Source: Pseudomonadota bacterium (GTDB lineage Bacteria > Campylobacterota > Campylobacteria > Campylobacterales > Sulfurimonadaceae). From it: DNA of 64,000 nucleotides. This document shows positions 29,743-40,071 of the stretch, in pieces; within the stretch, counting starts at the first letter, position 1; each line of letters starts with the position of its first letter. Position numbers and translations under genes: made by a program. Location of the stretch: NCBI GenBank assembly GCA_043797085.1, contig JAZDQA010000012.1, positions 64,001 through 128,000 of the forward strand. Direction: 5' to 3'. Under the pieces are notes generated by a model. The model made no database searches, had not been told where the DNA came from, and worked only from the letters and a program-made list of their open reading frames with translations.

Positions 29743-31854
29743 CTAACTCACCCACAACGTCAAATGATACGCTATATACGCGAGTAAATACGCGACTATC
29801 GTCGTAAAAGCAAAGAGATAGAAAAAATATTTAATCCCTCCTGCTTCGCGGGTGAAGACGACCGATGCCGCCAAACATGGTAAATAGGTCATAATAACAA
29901 CGATAAATGCTACTGCCGAAGCCAACGGTATTTGAGAACTGATCGCTGTGATAAGCGAATGATCCTCTTCGCCGGCATCGCTTCCCAGTGAATACAAAAC
30001 CCCCATCGTCGAAACGACAACCTCTTTGGCCGCTAATCCTGTTTGGAGAGCCACTGCCATTTTCCAATCAAATCCAAGCGGTTCAAATACCGGCTGAATC
30101 GTATGACCGATCACTCCTAGAAAGCTTTGCTCCAGTTGTGCTTCGGCAAGCTTGTTTTCGAGTGTTTTTGCTTCCTCTTGCGAGGTTGCCGCTTCGATTT
30201 TAGTTGCATAAAGTGTATCCAGTGCGCCGTTTTTAGGATACGCACTTAAAAACCATACCAGCATGGACGCAAGTGCGATAAACGTTCCCGCTTTTTTCAC
30301 GTACATCATCGTTTTAATCACGACGGTATGCCAAATCAGCTTCATCGAAGGGAGACGGTATTTGGGCATTTCCATAACGAACGGCTCATCGGCACCTTTG
30401 AAAGCAGTCATTTTGAGCACTTTTGCCGCAACCAACCCGATCATCGCACCGAGAATATAGATCCCGAACAACACATTCCCCGCCATATCAGAACCAAAAA
30501 ATGCCCCCGTAAAAAGAACGTAAACGGGCAATCTTGCACCGCAGCTCATAAACCCGATGACAAAAAGGGTAAGGAGACGGTCACGGTCATTTTTCAAAAT
30601 CCTAGCCGACATATAAGCGGGGATAGAGCACCCGAATCCTGAAACGAGAGGGATAAACGATTGCCCATGGAGACCGAATTTATGGAAAAAACCATCCAGT
30701 AAAAACGCAACACGCGACATATACCCCGTCGATTCAAGCAAGGCAATTCCAACAAATAAAATCACGATATTGGGGACAAAGAGAACAACCGCCCCCACCC
30801 CAGAAATTACCCCATCAACAATCAGAGAGCGGATTTCATCGTTTGAGATTGTCGAACCAATCACTTCTCCGAACCATCCGAAAAACGCATCGATCCAATC
30901 CATCGGAATAGAGCCGATCTCAAAGGTGAGCTGAAACAATCCCCACATAAAAAAGAGAAAAATCGGAATACCCGCAATCGGATGGATAAGGACACTATCA
31001 ATCTTTTCGGTTGTCGTTTTTTTGAGTTGTACTTTTGGTTTGACTTTTACCGCTTCTGCGATAATACCGCGATTAAACGAGAAATACTCTTCCGCCAGTG
31101 CCTCTTTCATGTCATCGGTATCGTGATGGAGCAATACATGCCGATCTGCTTCGATCAGCATTGGTTGCAGCTCCGTCCAAATCGGATTATCATGCAGTAC
31201 CCGATAGGTTTTTTTCTCTTTTTGGAGCAAATTAATGGCAATATTACGGTTACTGATCGATGCTTTAAACTTATGTCGGTTCAGATAATCGGTGATCATA
31301 TCAATCTCTTCTTCGACCGCTTCGCTAAAGATCAATTTTTGCTCTTGAAAATCGGCTTCGTGCGTTTTAATGACAGCATTCATCAACTCTTCAAGTCCGG
31401 TCTTAGCCGCCGCTGATACACGAACACACGGAATTCCTAAAAGCTGAGAAAGGTATGCGGCGTTAATCTCTATCCCCTCTTTGTCTGCTTCATCCGACAT
31501 ATTGAGAGCAAGTACCATTTTTTTGCTCATCGTCATGAGTTCAGCGGTCAGCTGGAGGTTTTTTTCCATATTGGTCGAATCAAGTACATTGATAATCAAA
31601 TCATAATGTTCTTGCGTCAGATAATCGTGTGTTACCCGCTCTTCGATTGAATAATCGGTAAACGCATACGTTCCAGGAAGATCGACAACACTGAATTCAT
31701 AATCGTTATACTCAAACGTGACGACCGTCTTCTCGACCGTCACTCCCGTAAAGTTCCCGACGTGTAAACGGGCATTGCCGATCGAGTTGATGAGCATACT
31801 TTTACCGACATTGGGCTGCCCAACAAGAGCAACGGTGATTTGTTTAGCGGACAT
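29743..31854 (-). CDS. feoB: Ferrous iron transporter FeoB
   Basis: GQPNVGKS, GNFTGVTVE, DLPG, NMSD, GFGCSIP, FMSCGARLP and YLPC. Confidence 0.96.
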   Translation of the reverse strand: MSAKQITVALVGQPNVGKSMLINSIGNARLHVGNFTGVTVEKTVVTFEYNDYEFSVVDLPGTYAFTDYSIEERVTHDYLTQEHYDLIINVLDSTNMEKNLQLTAELMTMSKKMVLALNMSDEADKEGIEINAAYLSQLLGIPCVRVSAAAKTGLEELMNAVIKTHEADFQEQKLIFSEAVEEEIDMITDYLNRHKFKASISNRNIAINLLQKEKKTYRVLHDNPIWTELQPMLIEADRHVLLHHDTDDMKEALAEEYFSFNRGIIAEAVKVKPKVQLKKTTTEKIDSVLIHPIAGIPIFLFFMWGLFQLTFEIGSIPMDWIDAFFGWFGEVIGSTISNDEIRSLIVDGVISGVGAVVLFVPNIVILFVGIALLESTGYMSRVAFLLDGFFHKFGLHGQSFIPLVSGFGCSIPAYMSARILKNDRDRLLTLFVIGFMSCGARLPVYVLFTGAFFGSDMAGNVLFGIYILGAMIGLVAAKVLKMTAFKGADEPFVMEMPKYRLPSMKLIWHTVVIKTMMYVKKAGTFIALASMLVWFLSAYPKNGALDTLYATKIEAATSQEEAKTLENKLAEAQLEQSFLGVIGHTIQPVFEPLGFDWKMAVALQTGLAAKEVVVSTMGVLYSLGSDAGEEDHSLITAISSQIPLASAVAFIVVIMTYLPCLAASVVFTREAGGIKYFFYLFAFTTIVAYLLAYIAYHLTLWVS

Positions 31855-32074
31855 CGGATACCTCGATCAGTTCAGCTTCTTCACGACGCAGTGCAATACT
31901 GACATTGCCTATTTTTACTTCAAAGGTACTTTTAGTCATTCCGCATTCAAGCATCACGACTTCAGCACCTTTCATCAATCCAAAGGATATGAGCCGTTGT
32001 TTGAGCGCTCCCGTAGCATTTATTTTTACTACAGTAGCCATACCGCCTTTTGTGCAGGCGCTTAAAAGCGTCAT
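31844..32074 (-). CDS. feoA: FeoA
   Basis: RLISFGL and IALRREEA; AAGGAG RBS before MTLLS. Confidence 0.92.
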   Translation of the reverse strand: MTLLSACTKGGMATVVKINATGALKQRLISFGLMKGAEVVMLECGMTKSTFEVKIGNVSIALRREEAELIEVSDVR

Positions 32075-32094
32075 AATATTCTCCTTCATAGCGT

Positions 32095-32194
32095 TTTATT
32101 TTCAATTTTGATTTCTATTATTAATTAAGTAAAGAAATAATAATAGGTATTGTCTTACAATATGCTTAATAATGATAATAGATTTCAATTATCA
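32095..32194. promoter_or_regulatory. Fur-box-like sites in the divergent feoA / efflux intergenic region
   Basis: AATAATGATAAT at 32168-32179, a TGATAAT-N8-ATTATCA inverted repeat at 32173-32194, and further AT-rich hexamer arrays near 32095-32122; upstream of feoAB. Confidence 0.6.
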
Positions 32195-32263
32195 CGACTG
32201 TATCTCAAGATTTTCTCATTCAAAATCTCTATACTTCGACATTATTATACATAAAGGTACAGT

Positions 32264-32611
32264 ATGAAAACCCTGTTTTTAATCCTATTTTCTCTCTCAC
32301 TGCATGCAAGCATGGGTTCCTCAGTGACTATCGGGGCGCGTGAACATCTCAAATATGCGTTTGGAAATCATAAAAATCATCCGGCACAAAAGATTGAAGA
32401 GGCACAATATTACCGCTCTTTAGCCAAAATGAGTGACGCTCAGATCAAAGAGCTTCTCTCCTCGCAGGGATATATTATTCAGAAAATACAGCTTCGTGAT
32501 ATTACTTCCGAATTGGTATATCAAGTACATACTTCCGACAAAAGTGCCCAACGTTTTGTTCTTTATGTGGATCCTACGAACGGATCAATCTTAAAAACGA
32601 AGCCTCTATAA
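32264..32611 (+). CDS. Secreted PepSY-like protein
   Basis: Signal peptide and C-terminal YQV...LYVDPTNGSIL. Confidence 0.7.
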   Translation: MKTLFLILFSLSLHASMGSSVTIGAREHLKYAFGNHKNHPAQKIEEAQYYRSLAKMSDAQIKELLSSQGYIIQKIQLRDITSELVYQVHTSDKSAQRFVLYVDPTNGSILKTKPL

Positions 32612-33801
32612 TGAAGTGCCAATGGAAATATCTCTTAGTCTTAGTTCCGTTGATGGGAAATGCTATGAGTTTTAACGAGCTATGCGATCACGCTTATAAA
32701 GCTTCGGGTGAGATCATTGGAACCAATGGTCGTATCCTCTCCAATACCCATGAAAAAGCATCAGCCCTCGCCTACGAACCACTTTTCCTTGAGGGAAGCG
32801 CAAGCGGTGTTAAAGGGAAAGATTCCCGTGATAGCGGGATGATGTATGGAGGTATGGTCAATCTTCAACTCAAAAAACCTCTCTTTTTGGAGGCACAATC
32901 CCATCAATATGACCAAAAGGGCAAAACCCTTCATCAAGAAATCCAACGGCAGCAAGGGCTGATACAAGTAGCACTTAAGCGTGATTGGCTCATTACCCTG
33001 ATCGAGCAAGAGAAAATTGGAATTTTAAGTGAAAAAGAAGCCTCTGCAAAAGAAGCGTACGGCATAGGGCAAAAAAAAGTGAATGCCGGTCGGATGTCAC
33101 AAATGGAACTTTCCCGATTGATGAGTGAAGTGTACAGTGCTGCTTCGCAACGTGCCATGGGAGAAATGGAGCTAGAACACGCCCATCATGGACTGCAAGA
33201 AGCGACAATGCTACACGAAGAGATCGTTGTCGATGATCTGAACTTTGCCTTTATTTCAGATGACAACGCTACAGAGGATCGTATTAACAATGCCGGTATA
33301 CTTCAAGCCATGAGCTCTCAGATTGCTGCTTTGGATGCCGAGATAAAAAGTGCCCGCTACCAAGGGAGCGAATCTATAAGTTTAGGTGCAGGTGCGACAC
33401 ATGAACCGACTCAAAACAGCATCGATTTTCGACTCAGCGTTCCATTAATATGGGGTGAAAAAAACGACCGAAAAATTGCGGCATTTATGAGCGAAAAGAG
33501 CGCACTGATCCATCGTCGTGAAATAACGCACCAAAAATTGAAGATGAATATTCACACTCTTTTGGAACATTTAGAAACGAGAGAAAAGCGGTTTAATGAG
33601 ACCTTATTGGGACAAAAGCACCAAAAAACTCTGATGGAAATGGCACAAAAAGGGTATGAGGGGGGAGTGGTCAGTCAGTTTGAATATTTAGCGACCAAAA
33701 ACAGCTATTACGATGCACGTCTTCGCTCAGTAGAACTTAAACGCGAATACATTCAAGAAATGAGCGCGATGGAAGAAAAATTAGGGAGAATTTGGAAATG
33801 A
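32611..33801 (+). CDS. TolC/CzcC-like outer-membrane efflux protein
   Basis: Signal peptide, helical repeats (AGRMSQMEL, YEGGVVSQFEYL), and position before an MFP and RND. Confidence 0.8.
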   Translation: MKCQWKYLLVLVPLMGNAMSFNELCDHAYKASGEIIGTNGRILSNTHEKASALAYEPLFLEGSASGVKGKDSRDSGMMYGGMVNLQLKKPLFLEAQSHQYDQKGKTLHQEIQRQQGLIQVALKRDWLITLIEQEKIGILSEKEASAKEAYGIGQKKVNAGRMSQMELSRLMSEVYSAASQRAMGEMELEHAHHGLQEATMLHEEIVVDDLNFAFISDDNATEDRINNAGILQAMSSQIAALDAEIKSARYQGSESISLGAGATHEPTQNSIDFRLSVPLIWGEKNDRKIAAFMSEKSALIHRREITHQKLKMNIHTLLEHLETREKRFNETLLGQKHQKTLMEMAQKGYEGGVVSQFEYLATKNSYYDARLRSVELKREYIQEMSAMEEKLGRIWK

Positions 33802-34841
33802 AATCACTATTACTATTATTGGCACTAACAACGGCTGCGGTGGCGCAAATCACGATTAGTGATGCACAAATGAAAAAGCTTGGGATTGCGACCGCTAATC
33901 TCAACATCAGTAACACAGCACTTATTGGACCGCTGATCGCCAAAATAGATTATGACGAAGATAAATCCAAAAGCTATTTTTTAGATCAAGAAGCATCGGT
34001 AATTTCTCTCAATGTTCGCCAAGGGGATCGCGTCCAAAAAGGACAAACATTATGTTCAATCGCCTCTCCTGCACTGATGGCAAACAGTTTTGAACTAAAA
34101 GAGCTACGCAATCGCTATAAGGCGCTGCAAAACAACGCCGTAAAAGATGCAGCACTCTACAAAGATGGGATTATTTCGTATCGCGATTACCAAACCAGTG
34201 CGCTCGAAGCCTCTCAATTGCGTTCTCGTATTTCTACGTTGGAGAGTCAATTTAGCATCGCAGGAGTTCGCGCAAATACGAACGGTACTATGAACGTAAT
34301 CGCTCAAAAAAGCGGGATTGTAACAGATGCTCCAATGGCGGTTGCCGAAAAAATCACCCCGTATCAACCTTATTTTAGAATTTCAGATCCTAGCGCAATG
34401 ATTGCTATGATCAATATCTCTCCTAGCCTCATAACATCGATTTCCAAGGGAGATACTGTCCTCTCCAAAGATAATACTCACCCCATCGGCACAATAATCT
34501 CTGTCTCCCCTTCCATCAGCGGTTCGACAAACTCTGCCGTTGCCATTGCGCGCGTTCGTGACACACAATTACGCGCAGGAACAACCGTCGGTGTGCTAGT
34601 CTCTGCTTCCAAACCTACTACTTCTATCCTGATTCCTTCCCGTGCTCTCGTGCAGTTTGGCGGAAAAACCATCTGTTTTATCCGTAATTCTACCGGCTTT
34701 AGAGCGCAAGAACTTCTCATCACGACACGTAGCAAAGAGGGGGTATTGGTACGCCAAAAAGGGATTGACACGAATACCAAAGTAGCCATCAGTGGTCTCA
34801 TCATTCTCAAAGGCGCGATGAGCGGATTGGGGTTTGAATAA
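33798..34841 (+). CDS. RND periplasmic adaptor (CzcB-like)
   Basis: KLGI, VRQGDRVQKGQ lipoyl-like motif and IPSRAL. Confidence 0.88.
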   Translation: MKSLLLLLALTTAAVAQITISDAQMKKLGIATANLNISNTALIGPLIAKIDYDEDKSKSYFLDQEASVISLNVRQGDRVQKGQTLCSIASPALMANSFELKELRNRYKALQNNAVKDAALYKDGIISYRDYQTSALEASQLRSRISTLESQFSIAGVRANTNGTMNVIAQKSGIVTDAPMAVAEKITPYQPYFRISDPSAMIAMINISPSLITSISKGDTVLSKDNTHPIGTIISVSPSISGSTNSAVAIARVRDTQLRAGTTVGVLVSASKPTTSILIPSRALVQFGGKTICFIRNSTGFRAQELLITTRSKEGVLVRQKGIDTNTKVAISGLIILKGAMSGLGFE

Positions 34842-37800
34842 TGTTAAGCTCAATTATTGAGTTTTCACTCAAACAGCGGATTGTTATTTTACTCATGGCA
34901 ATGGGGATACTCATAGGCGGGGTCTATTCGTTTCTTAAAATTCCTATCGATGCGTTTCCTGACATCTCTTCGACGCAGGTAAAAATCATTCTAAAAGCTC
35001 CTGGGATGTCTCCCGAGGAGGTAGAATTACGCGTAGTACGCCCACTGGAAGCTGAGCTCATGGGTCTGGAAAACCAAACCATGCTTAAAAGCACCTCTAA
35101 ATACGGCATTGCAGACATTACTATCGATTTTAAAGATGGAACCGATGTCTATCGCGCCCGTGCTCAAGTTTCTGAAAAACTTTCAGGAGCAATGAGCGCC
35201 CTTCCAAAAGGGGTCAACGGGGGCATGGCACCCATCACGACTCCATTGGGAGAAATTTTTATGTTCACCATCGAGGGAGATATCTCTCAGCAAGCCAAGC
35301 GCGAATTACTTGATTTTACTATCCGTCCTGCCCTGCGAGGAGCAAAGGGAGTTGCGGACATCAATGCTCTGGGCGGTGAAGCACGTACCATCACCCTCGT
35401 TCCCGATATAAGCGCCATGGGACGACTTGGGATTACCATCTCTACACTCGAACAGGCTTTAAGCGAAAACCTCAAAAACGACGGAGCGGGGAGACTGGAT
35501 AAAGGCGATGAAGGCTATTTGGTCAAAGTCCAAAGCGGCGTCAAGAACAAAGATGAAATCGGAAACATTACCATCCATTCACACAATGGACCGATACGTA
35601 TCAGCGATTTTTGTGCCATTAACGAAGAATCTCGCACCCGCATGGGATTTGTAACCAAAGACGGTATTGGCGAAGCAACCGAGGGTCTTGTTATGGCGTT
35701 GCGAGGAGCGAATGCCAAAGAGAGTATTATTGAGATTAAAGAGCGTCTTGCCATCCTTGCACCAACGCTTCCAAAAGGGGTAACGATTGTCCCTTTTTAT
35801 GATCGCAGTGAACTCACCCAAAAAGCGGTCGATACTGTCTCTAAAGCACTCACCGAAGCTGTTGTACTGGTCATCATGCTCTTGCTCCTCTTTTTAGGAG
35901 ATGCTCGTGCGGCGATCAGCGTAGCTGTGATATTGCCATTGGCCATTTCAATAGCCTTTATCCTCATGCAAGCCACGGGAATTACTGCAAATCTCATGAG
36001 CTTGGGAGGGTTAGCCATTGCCGTGGGAATTCTCGTCGATTCCGCTGTTGTTGTTGTGGAAAACACCTTTGCAGCACTGGGTGAAAAAAATCAAAAACTT
36101 CCGAAACTTCATCTCGTTTACCGAGCTAGCAAAGAGGTGAGCCTCTCGGTATTCAGCGGTCTCCTCATTATTTCTGTTGTCTTTTTACCTCTTCTTTCCC
36201 TCGAAGGGTTGGAAGGGAAACTTTTTGCTCCTGTTGCCATGACAATTGTCTTTGCGCTTTTGGGCTCTCTTGTCCTCTCTTTGACCGTCATTCCGGTTGT
36301 CGCATCACTATTGCTCAAATCCACTCCTCATCATGAGACTAAGTTGGATCTGTTTTTTGCTCGTCTGTACAAACCCCTCCTGTCTTTTGCCCTCAATCGC
36401 ACTAAAACACTTTTTACCGGAGCCATTATTTTTCTAATACTTAGTTTTTCACTCTACACACTCGTAGGTAAAACATTTATGCCCACACTCGATGAGGGTG
36501 ATATTATCCTAGCCGTAGAGCCCATACCCTCTATCTCTCTCGAAGCGTCCAAAGAACTCAATCTCGCCATCCAAAAAGAGTTAATCAAAAATATTCCTGA
36601 GATTAAAACCATCGTTGCCCGTACAGGATCCGATGAAATGGGCTTGGATCCCATGATGCTCAACCAAACCGATACCTTTTTGATCCTCAAACCTAAAGAT
36701 GAGTGGAAAGCCGCTTCTAAAGAAGAAATCCTCCAAAACATCACAACAGCCCTCAAACCTTTTGCTGGGGTTGGGTTTAGTTTCACTCAACCCATCGATA
36801 TGCGTATCTCTGAGATGCTCACAGGCTCTCGCGGAGATTTGGCGATCAAAATTTTTGGTACCGACATCAACACGTTAAATGTTCTCAGTTCACAGGTAGG
36901 GAAAATTTTAGAGGGGATTTCAGGCTCCAGTGAAGTTATCGTTACCCTTAATACTGGGATCAACTATCTCACCGTAACGCCTGATCGTTTTGCAACTGCG
37001 AACACAGGGGTAAGCAGCGGTGAATTACAACAATTTCTAAAAGCTTCGCTGGAGGGCATTATCGTCGATACTTTACCGGAGGGGAATATCCGAACTCCTG
37101 TTATGATCCGCTTGGAGAGTGACATAGCAAAAAATTTTGATAAATTTAGCGCTCTTGAGATCCCACTTATGGAAGGTGGGAGTGTCCCCATCGCTAGTAT
37201 CGCAACGATTACCCAAAACGAAGGACCCGTACAAGTCATTCGCGAAAATAATGAACGACTCAGTGTTGTGCGATCAAATGTTGAAAATCGAGATTTAGTC
37301 GGGTTTGTGGAAGAAGCAAAACAAAAAATAAACAATGATATTAAACTTCCAGATGGGTATCACATCACTTATGGAGGACAGTTTGAAAATCAGCAGCGCT
37401 CTTCGGCACGCTTAATGGCGGTGGTTCCTGTCAGTATCGTGGTGATTTTCTTTATTCTCTTTTTCACGTTCCGCTCAGTGAGCAACACACTGCTCATTTT
37501 GCTCAATATCCCTTTTGCGATTACAGGGGGAATCATATCTTTGTTTATCAGCGGAGAATACCTTTCTGTCCCTGCATCGGTAGGCTTTATTGCCCTCTTT
37601 GGTATTGCAGTACTTAACGGTATCGTCATGGTGAGCTACTTCAACACCCTGCTGGCCAATGGCTATACCATCGATGAAGCAGTTGGTGAAGGAGCACGCA
37701 GACGACTTCGTCCTGTATTGATGACGGCGTTTATCGCGGCACTTGGATTGCTTCCGTTGCTATTTGCAACCGGAGTCGGAAGCGAAATCCAAAAACCGCT

Positions 37801-37900
37801 CGCAATCGTTGTGCTAGGAGGATTGGTCACATCGACGATTCTTACTCTTCTAATCCTACCACCTGCGTTTAAAATGATCTATAATCGAGGTAAAAAATGA
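34841..37900 (+). CDS. CusA/CzcA family heavy-metal efflux RND permease
   Basis: IDAFPDIS, ANLMSLGGLAIAVGILVDSAVVVVEN and RRLRPVLMTA; 1019 aa. Confidence 0.93.
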   Translation: MLSSIIEFSLKQRIVILLMAMGILIGGVYSFLKIPIDAFPDISSTQVKIILKAPGMSPEEVELRVVRPLEAELMGLENQTMLKSTSKYGIADITIDFKDGTDVYRARAQVSEKLSGAMSALPKGVNGGMAPITTPLGEIFMFTIEGDISQQAKRELLDFTIRPALRGAKGVADINALGGEARTITLVPDISAMGRLGITISTLEQALSENLKNDGAGRLDKGDEGYLVKVQSGVKNKDEIGNITIHSHNGPIRISDFCAINEESRTRMGFVTKDGIGEATEGLVMALRGANAKESIIEIKERLAILAPTLPKGVTIVPFYDRSELTQKAVDTVSKALTEAVVLVIMLLLLFLGDARAAISVAVILPLAISIAFILMQATGITANLMSLGGLAIAVGILVDSAVVVVENTFAALGEKNQKLPKLHLVYRASKEVSLSVFSGLLIISVVFLPLLSLEGLEGKLFAPVAMTIVFALLGSLVLSLTVIPVVASLLLKSTPHHETKLDLFFARLYKPLLSFALNRTKTLFTGAIIFLILSFSLYTLVGKTFMPTLDEGDIILAVEPIPSISLEASKELNLAIQKELIKNIPEIKTIVARTGSDEMGLDPMMLNQTDTFLILKPKDEWKAASKEEILQNITTALKPFAGVGFSFTQPIDMRISEMLTGSRGDLAIKIFGTDINTLNVLSSQVGKILEGISGSSEVIVTLNTGINYLTVTPDRFATANTGVSSGELQQFLKASLEGIIVDTLPEGNIRTPVMIRLESDIAKNFDKFSALEIPLMEGGSVPIASIATITQNEGPVQVIRENNERLSVVRSNVENRDLVGFVEEAKQKINNDIKLPDGYHITYGGQFENQQRSSARLMAVVPVSIVVIFFILFFTFRSVSNTLLILLNIPFAITGGIISLFISGEYLSVPASVGFIALFGIAVLNGIVMVSYFNTLLANGYTIDEAVGEGARRRLRPVLMTAFIAALGLLPLLFATGVGSEIQKPLAIVVLGGLVTSTILTLLILPPAFKMIYNRGKK

Positions 37901-38184
37901 ACTTGAATAGAATGGATATTTACTTTGATATCGCGAATAAAGACACCTTAGTTGATTTATTATTGGAAGAAGGATATGATGATTTTTATTTTTCTCCTTG
38001 TAAACGCTACGGTGCAGGAGCCTTTTTGGTAAGTTCTGAAGAACAAGTAAGTGCCAGACGGGATTTTGGATTGTTTCGTCTGTATCTGCAAAAAGCTGAA
38101 GCAATCGTCTTGGCTGCCGCAATCAAAGAGGAACTAAAAGACAAAACGATTAAGATATTCATAGATGAGGTAAAAGAACTGTAA
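37897..38184 (+). CDS. DUF3240-like (PII-like) small protein associated with the RND
   Basis: DTLVDLLL and EEQVSAR; typical position right after czcA-like genes. Confidence 0.7.
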   Translation: MNLNRMDIYFDIANKDTLVDLLLEEGYDDFYFSPCKRYGAGAFLVSSEEQVSARRDFGLFRLYLQKAEAIVLAAAIKEELKDKTIKIFIDEVKEL

Positions 38185-38832
38185 ATGCGTATCTTGATTG
38201 TTGATGATGAAATAGAATTATTAGAACTGTTACGACTCTCACTGGAGGGAAATGGGTGGTTTATCGATACCGCTTCGGATGTATCTGAGGCCAAAAGCTA
38301 TTTGGACGCATTTCATTACCAAGCAATCATCCTAGATCGCACCTTTCACGGGGTCGATCAATCCCTCTCCCTTATTACCTATGCAAAACAAAAAAATCCT
38401 CAACAGCCCATTTTACTTCTCAGCGCACTCTCCAGTGTAGATGATAAAGTAGAAGGGTTCGAAATGGGTGCGGATGATTATCTCGAAAAACCGTTCGATA
38501 TCAAAGAACTGCGCGCCCGTATCCTCTCACTGGGTCGTCGTTTTTCACCCAAAATTCTCACCATAGAAGTATTTGAAATCGATCCCTCAACTCAAAGTAT
38601 TCGCAATGAAGGAACCCAAATTTCGCTCTCTAAAAACGAGCATGCCCTCTTCTTTTATCTTTTATCTCGCGGTACTGTCGCATCCCGTGATGAGATCATG
38701 GACGCACTCTATGACAATCCTCAAAACGTTACCCCAAACACTATCGATGAGCTCGTAAGCAGATTACGTAAAAAACTTTCCGCTACCATCATAAAAACCA
38801 TCAAAACACGAGGATATGTGATTGAAATTTAG
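38185..38832 (+). CDS. OmpR-family response regulator
   Basis: VDDE, ILDR, GADDYLEKPF and RLRKKL...RGY. Confidence 0.92.
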   Translation: MRILIVDDEIELLELLRLSLEGNGWFIDTASDVSEAKSYLDAFHYQAIILDRTFHGVDQSLSLITYAKQKNPQQPILLLSALSSVDDKVEGFEMGADDYLEKPFDIKELRARILSLGRRFSPKILTIEVFEIDPSTQSIRNEGTQISLSKNEHALFFYLLSRGTVASRDEIMDALYDNPQNVTPNTIDELVSRLRKKLSATIIKTIKTRGYVIEI

Positions 38833-40024
38833 CGCGAATGGATCACTCAAGATTAAAATAGTCTCTCTCTTCTCACTGCTGATAGCCATTGCTTTTAGTC
38901 TCAACTGGATGGTCGCAACCCAAACGATACACGGAGAAAAAATAGACGATTTAGAAAAAACGCTGCAGCATCTTCTCTATGAAAGCAACGATGAATACAT
39001 TAGCCATCCTTTGACGTTAAAAAGTGATTTGACCTTTTTGTATGCCATACCCCATAATCAAATGATCATTAGTAATTCCGAAGCAAGCCATTTACGTTTT
39101 TTGGTTTCCAAAACACCTTATCTTAAAGAAAAAAATGAGATAAGCGTCTATGTCAAACTTCAAGACTCTCTCTATCTTAATGCGATAAGTGACGACTCAA
39201 AACTTCAACTCTCCGTAAACAAATACTCTCAAAAACTTCTCATACGGTACCTTTTTTCACTGTTAGCTGTCCTAATAATCAGTCTTTTTTTACTCGATTA
39301 TTACATGAAACCCTTGGGAATTCTCGCACAAAAAACGCGTGATTGGAAAACCGGGGATAAATTCTCACTCGACAACTCTGACCGAGAAATCCAAGAGGTT
39401 GTAACGGCGTTTAATACACTCATCCGCCGACTAGAAGCTTTTCGCACCAAAGAAGGAGAATTATTTAAAGAAGCAGCGCATGAGTTAAAAACTCCGCTTG
39501 CATTAATGCGTTCACGACTGGATGCATACGAGAACAGCAAAGGATATGATAAAAACAAATTTGTCGTTGATTTGGGACATGATATCGAGCGTTTAACAGC
39601 TGAACTAAAAAATGTTCTTTTCTTAGAAAGTTCCGACTATGAAGATCCTGTCTCACTAAGCATGAATACAACCTTGCGTAATATTGTTCAAAAAGTTGAT
39701 ATCCTCGCAAAACGAAGAAAACTGATCCTTCAGCTGCCTGCTCAAAACTTTACCCTTACTGCTCCTGAAAAACTACTGACTAAAGTTCTAACCGCTTTGA
39801 TAGAAAATGCTATGACCTACGCGACAGAAAACAGCCAAATTGATATAGAGATTAATCAAAATGAGCGATCCATTACAATAGCCAACAATGCTGGCGATGA
39901 AAAATATCTATTTAGCTCCAAAATCGGACATAAGATGCTAAAAAGACTCAGTGAAGAACTCAATTACACGTATGAAATCACCCAGTACGCTTCGCGATAT
40001 ACCATTACTCTTCAATTTTTGTAA
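38822..40024 (+). CDS. Sensor histidine kinase with degenerate ATPase domain
   Basis: Two TM helices, AAHELKTPL and the N-box LIENA; G boxes not recognisable. Confidence 0.82.
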   Translation: MKFSANGSLKIKIVSLFSLLIAIAFSLNWMVATQTIHGEKIDDLEKTLQHLLYESNDEYISHPLTLKSDLTFLYAIPHNQMIISNSEASHLRFLVSKTPYLKEKNEISVYVKLQDSLYLNAISDDSKLQLSVNKYSQKLLIRYLFSLLAVLIISLFLLDYYMKPLGILAQKTRDWKTGDKFSLDNSDREIQEVVTAFNTLIRRLEAFRTKEGELFKEAAHELKTPLALMRSRLDAYENSKGYDKNKFVVDLGHDIERLTAELKNVLFLESSDYEDPVSLSMNTTLRNIVQKVDILAKRRKLILQLPAQNFTLTAPEKLLTKVLTALIENAMTYATENSQIDIEINQNERSITIANNAGDEKYLFSSKIGHKMLKRLSEELNYTYEITQYASRYTITLQFL

Positions 40025-40071
40025 GCACTTGTTATAATAACGATATCAATCTCTCACTAAATAGGAATCTA

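Noticed and set aside
34104..37629. Many antisense ORFs over the efflux genes (similar ones lie over clpB, cheA and mfd)
   Set aside because: They are shadow frames of long genes with no recognisable motifs.
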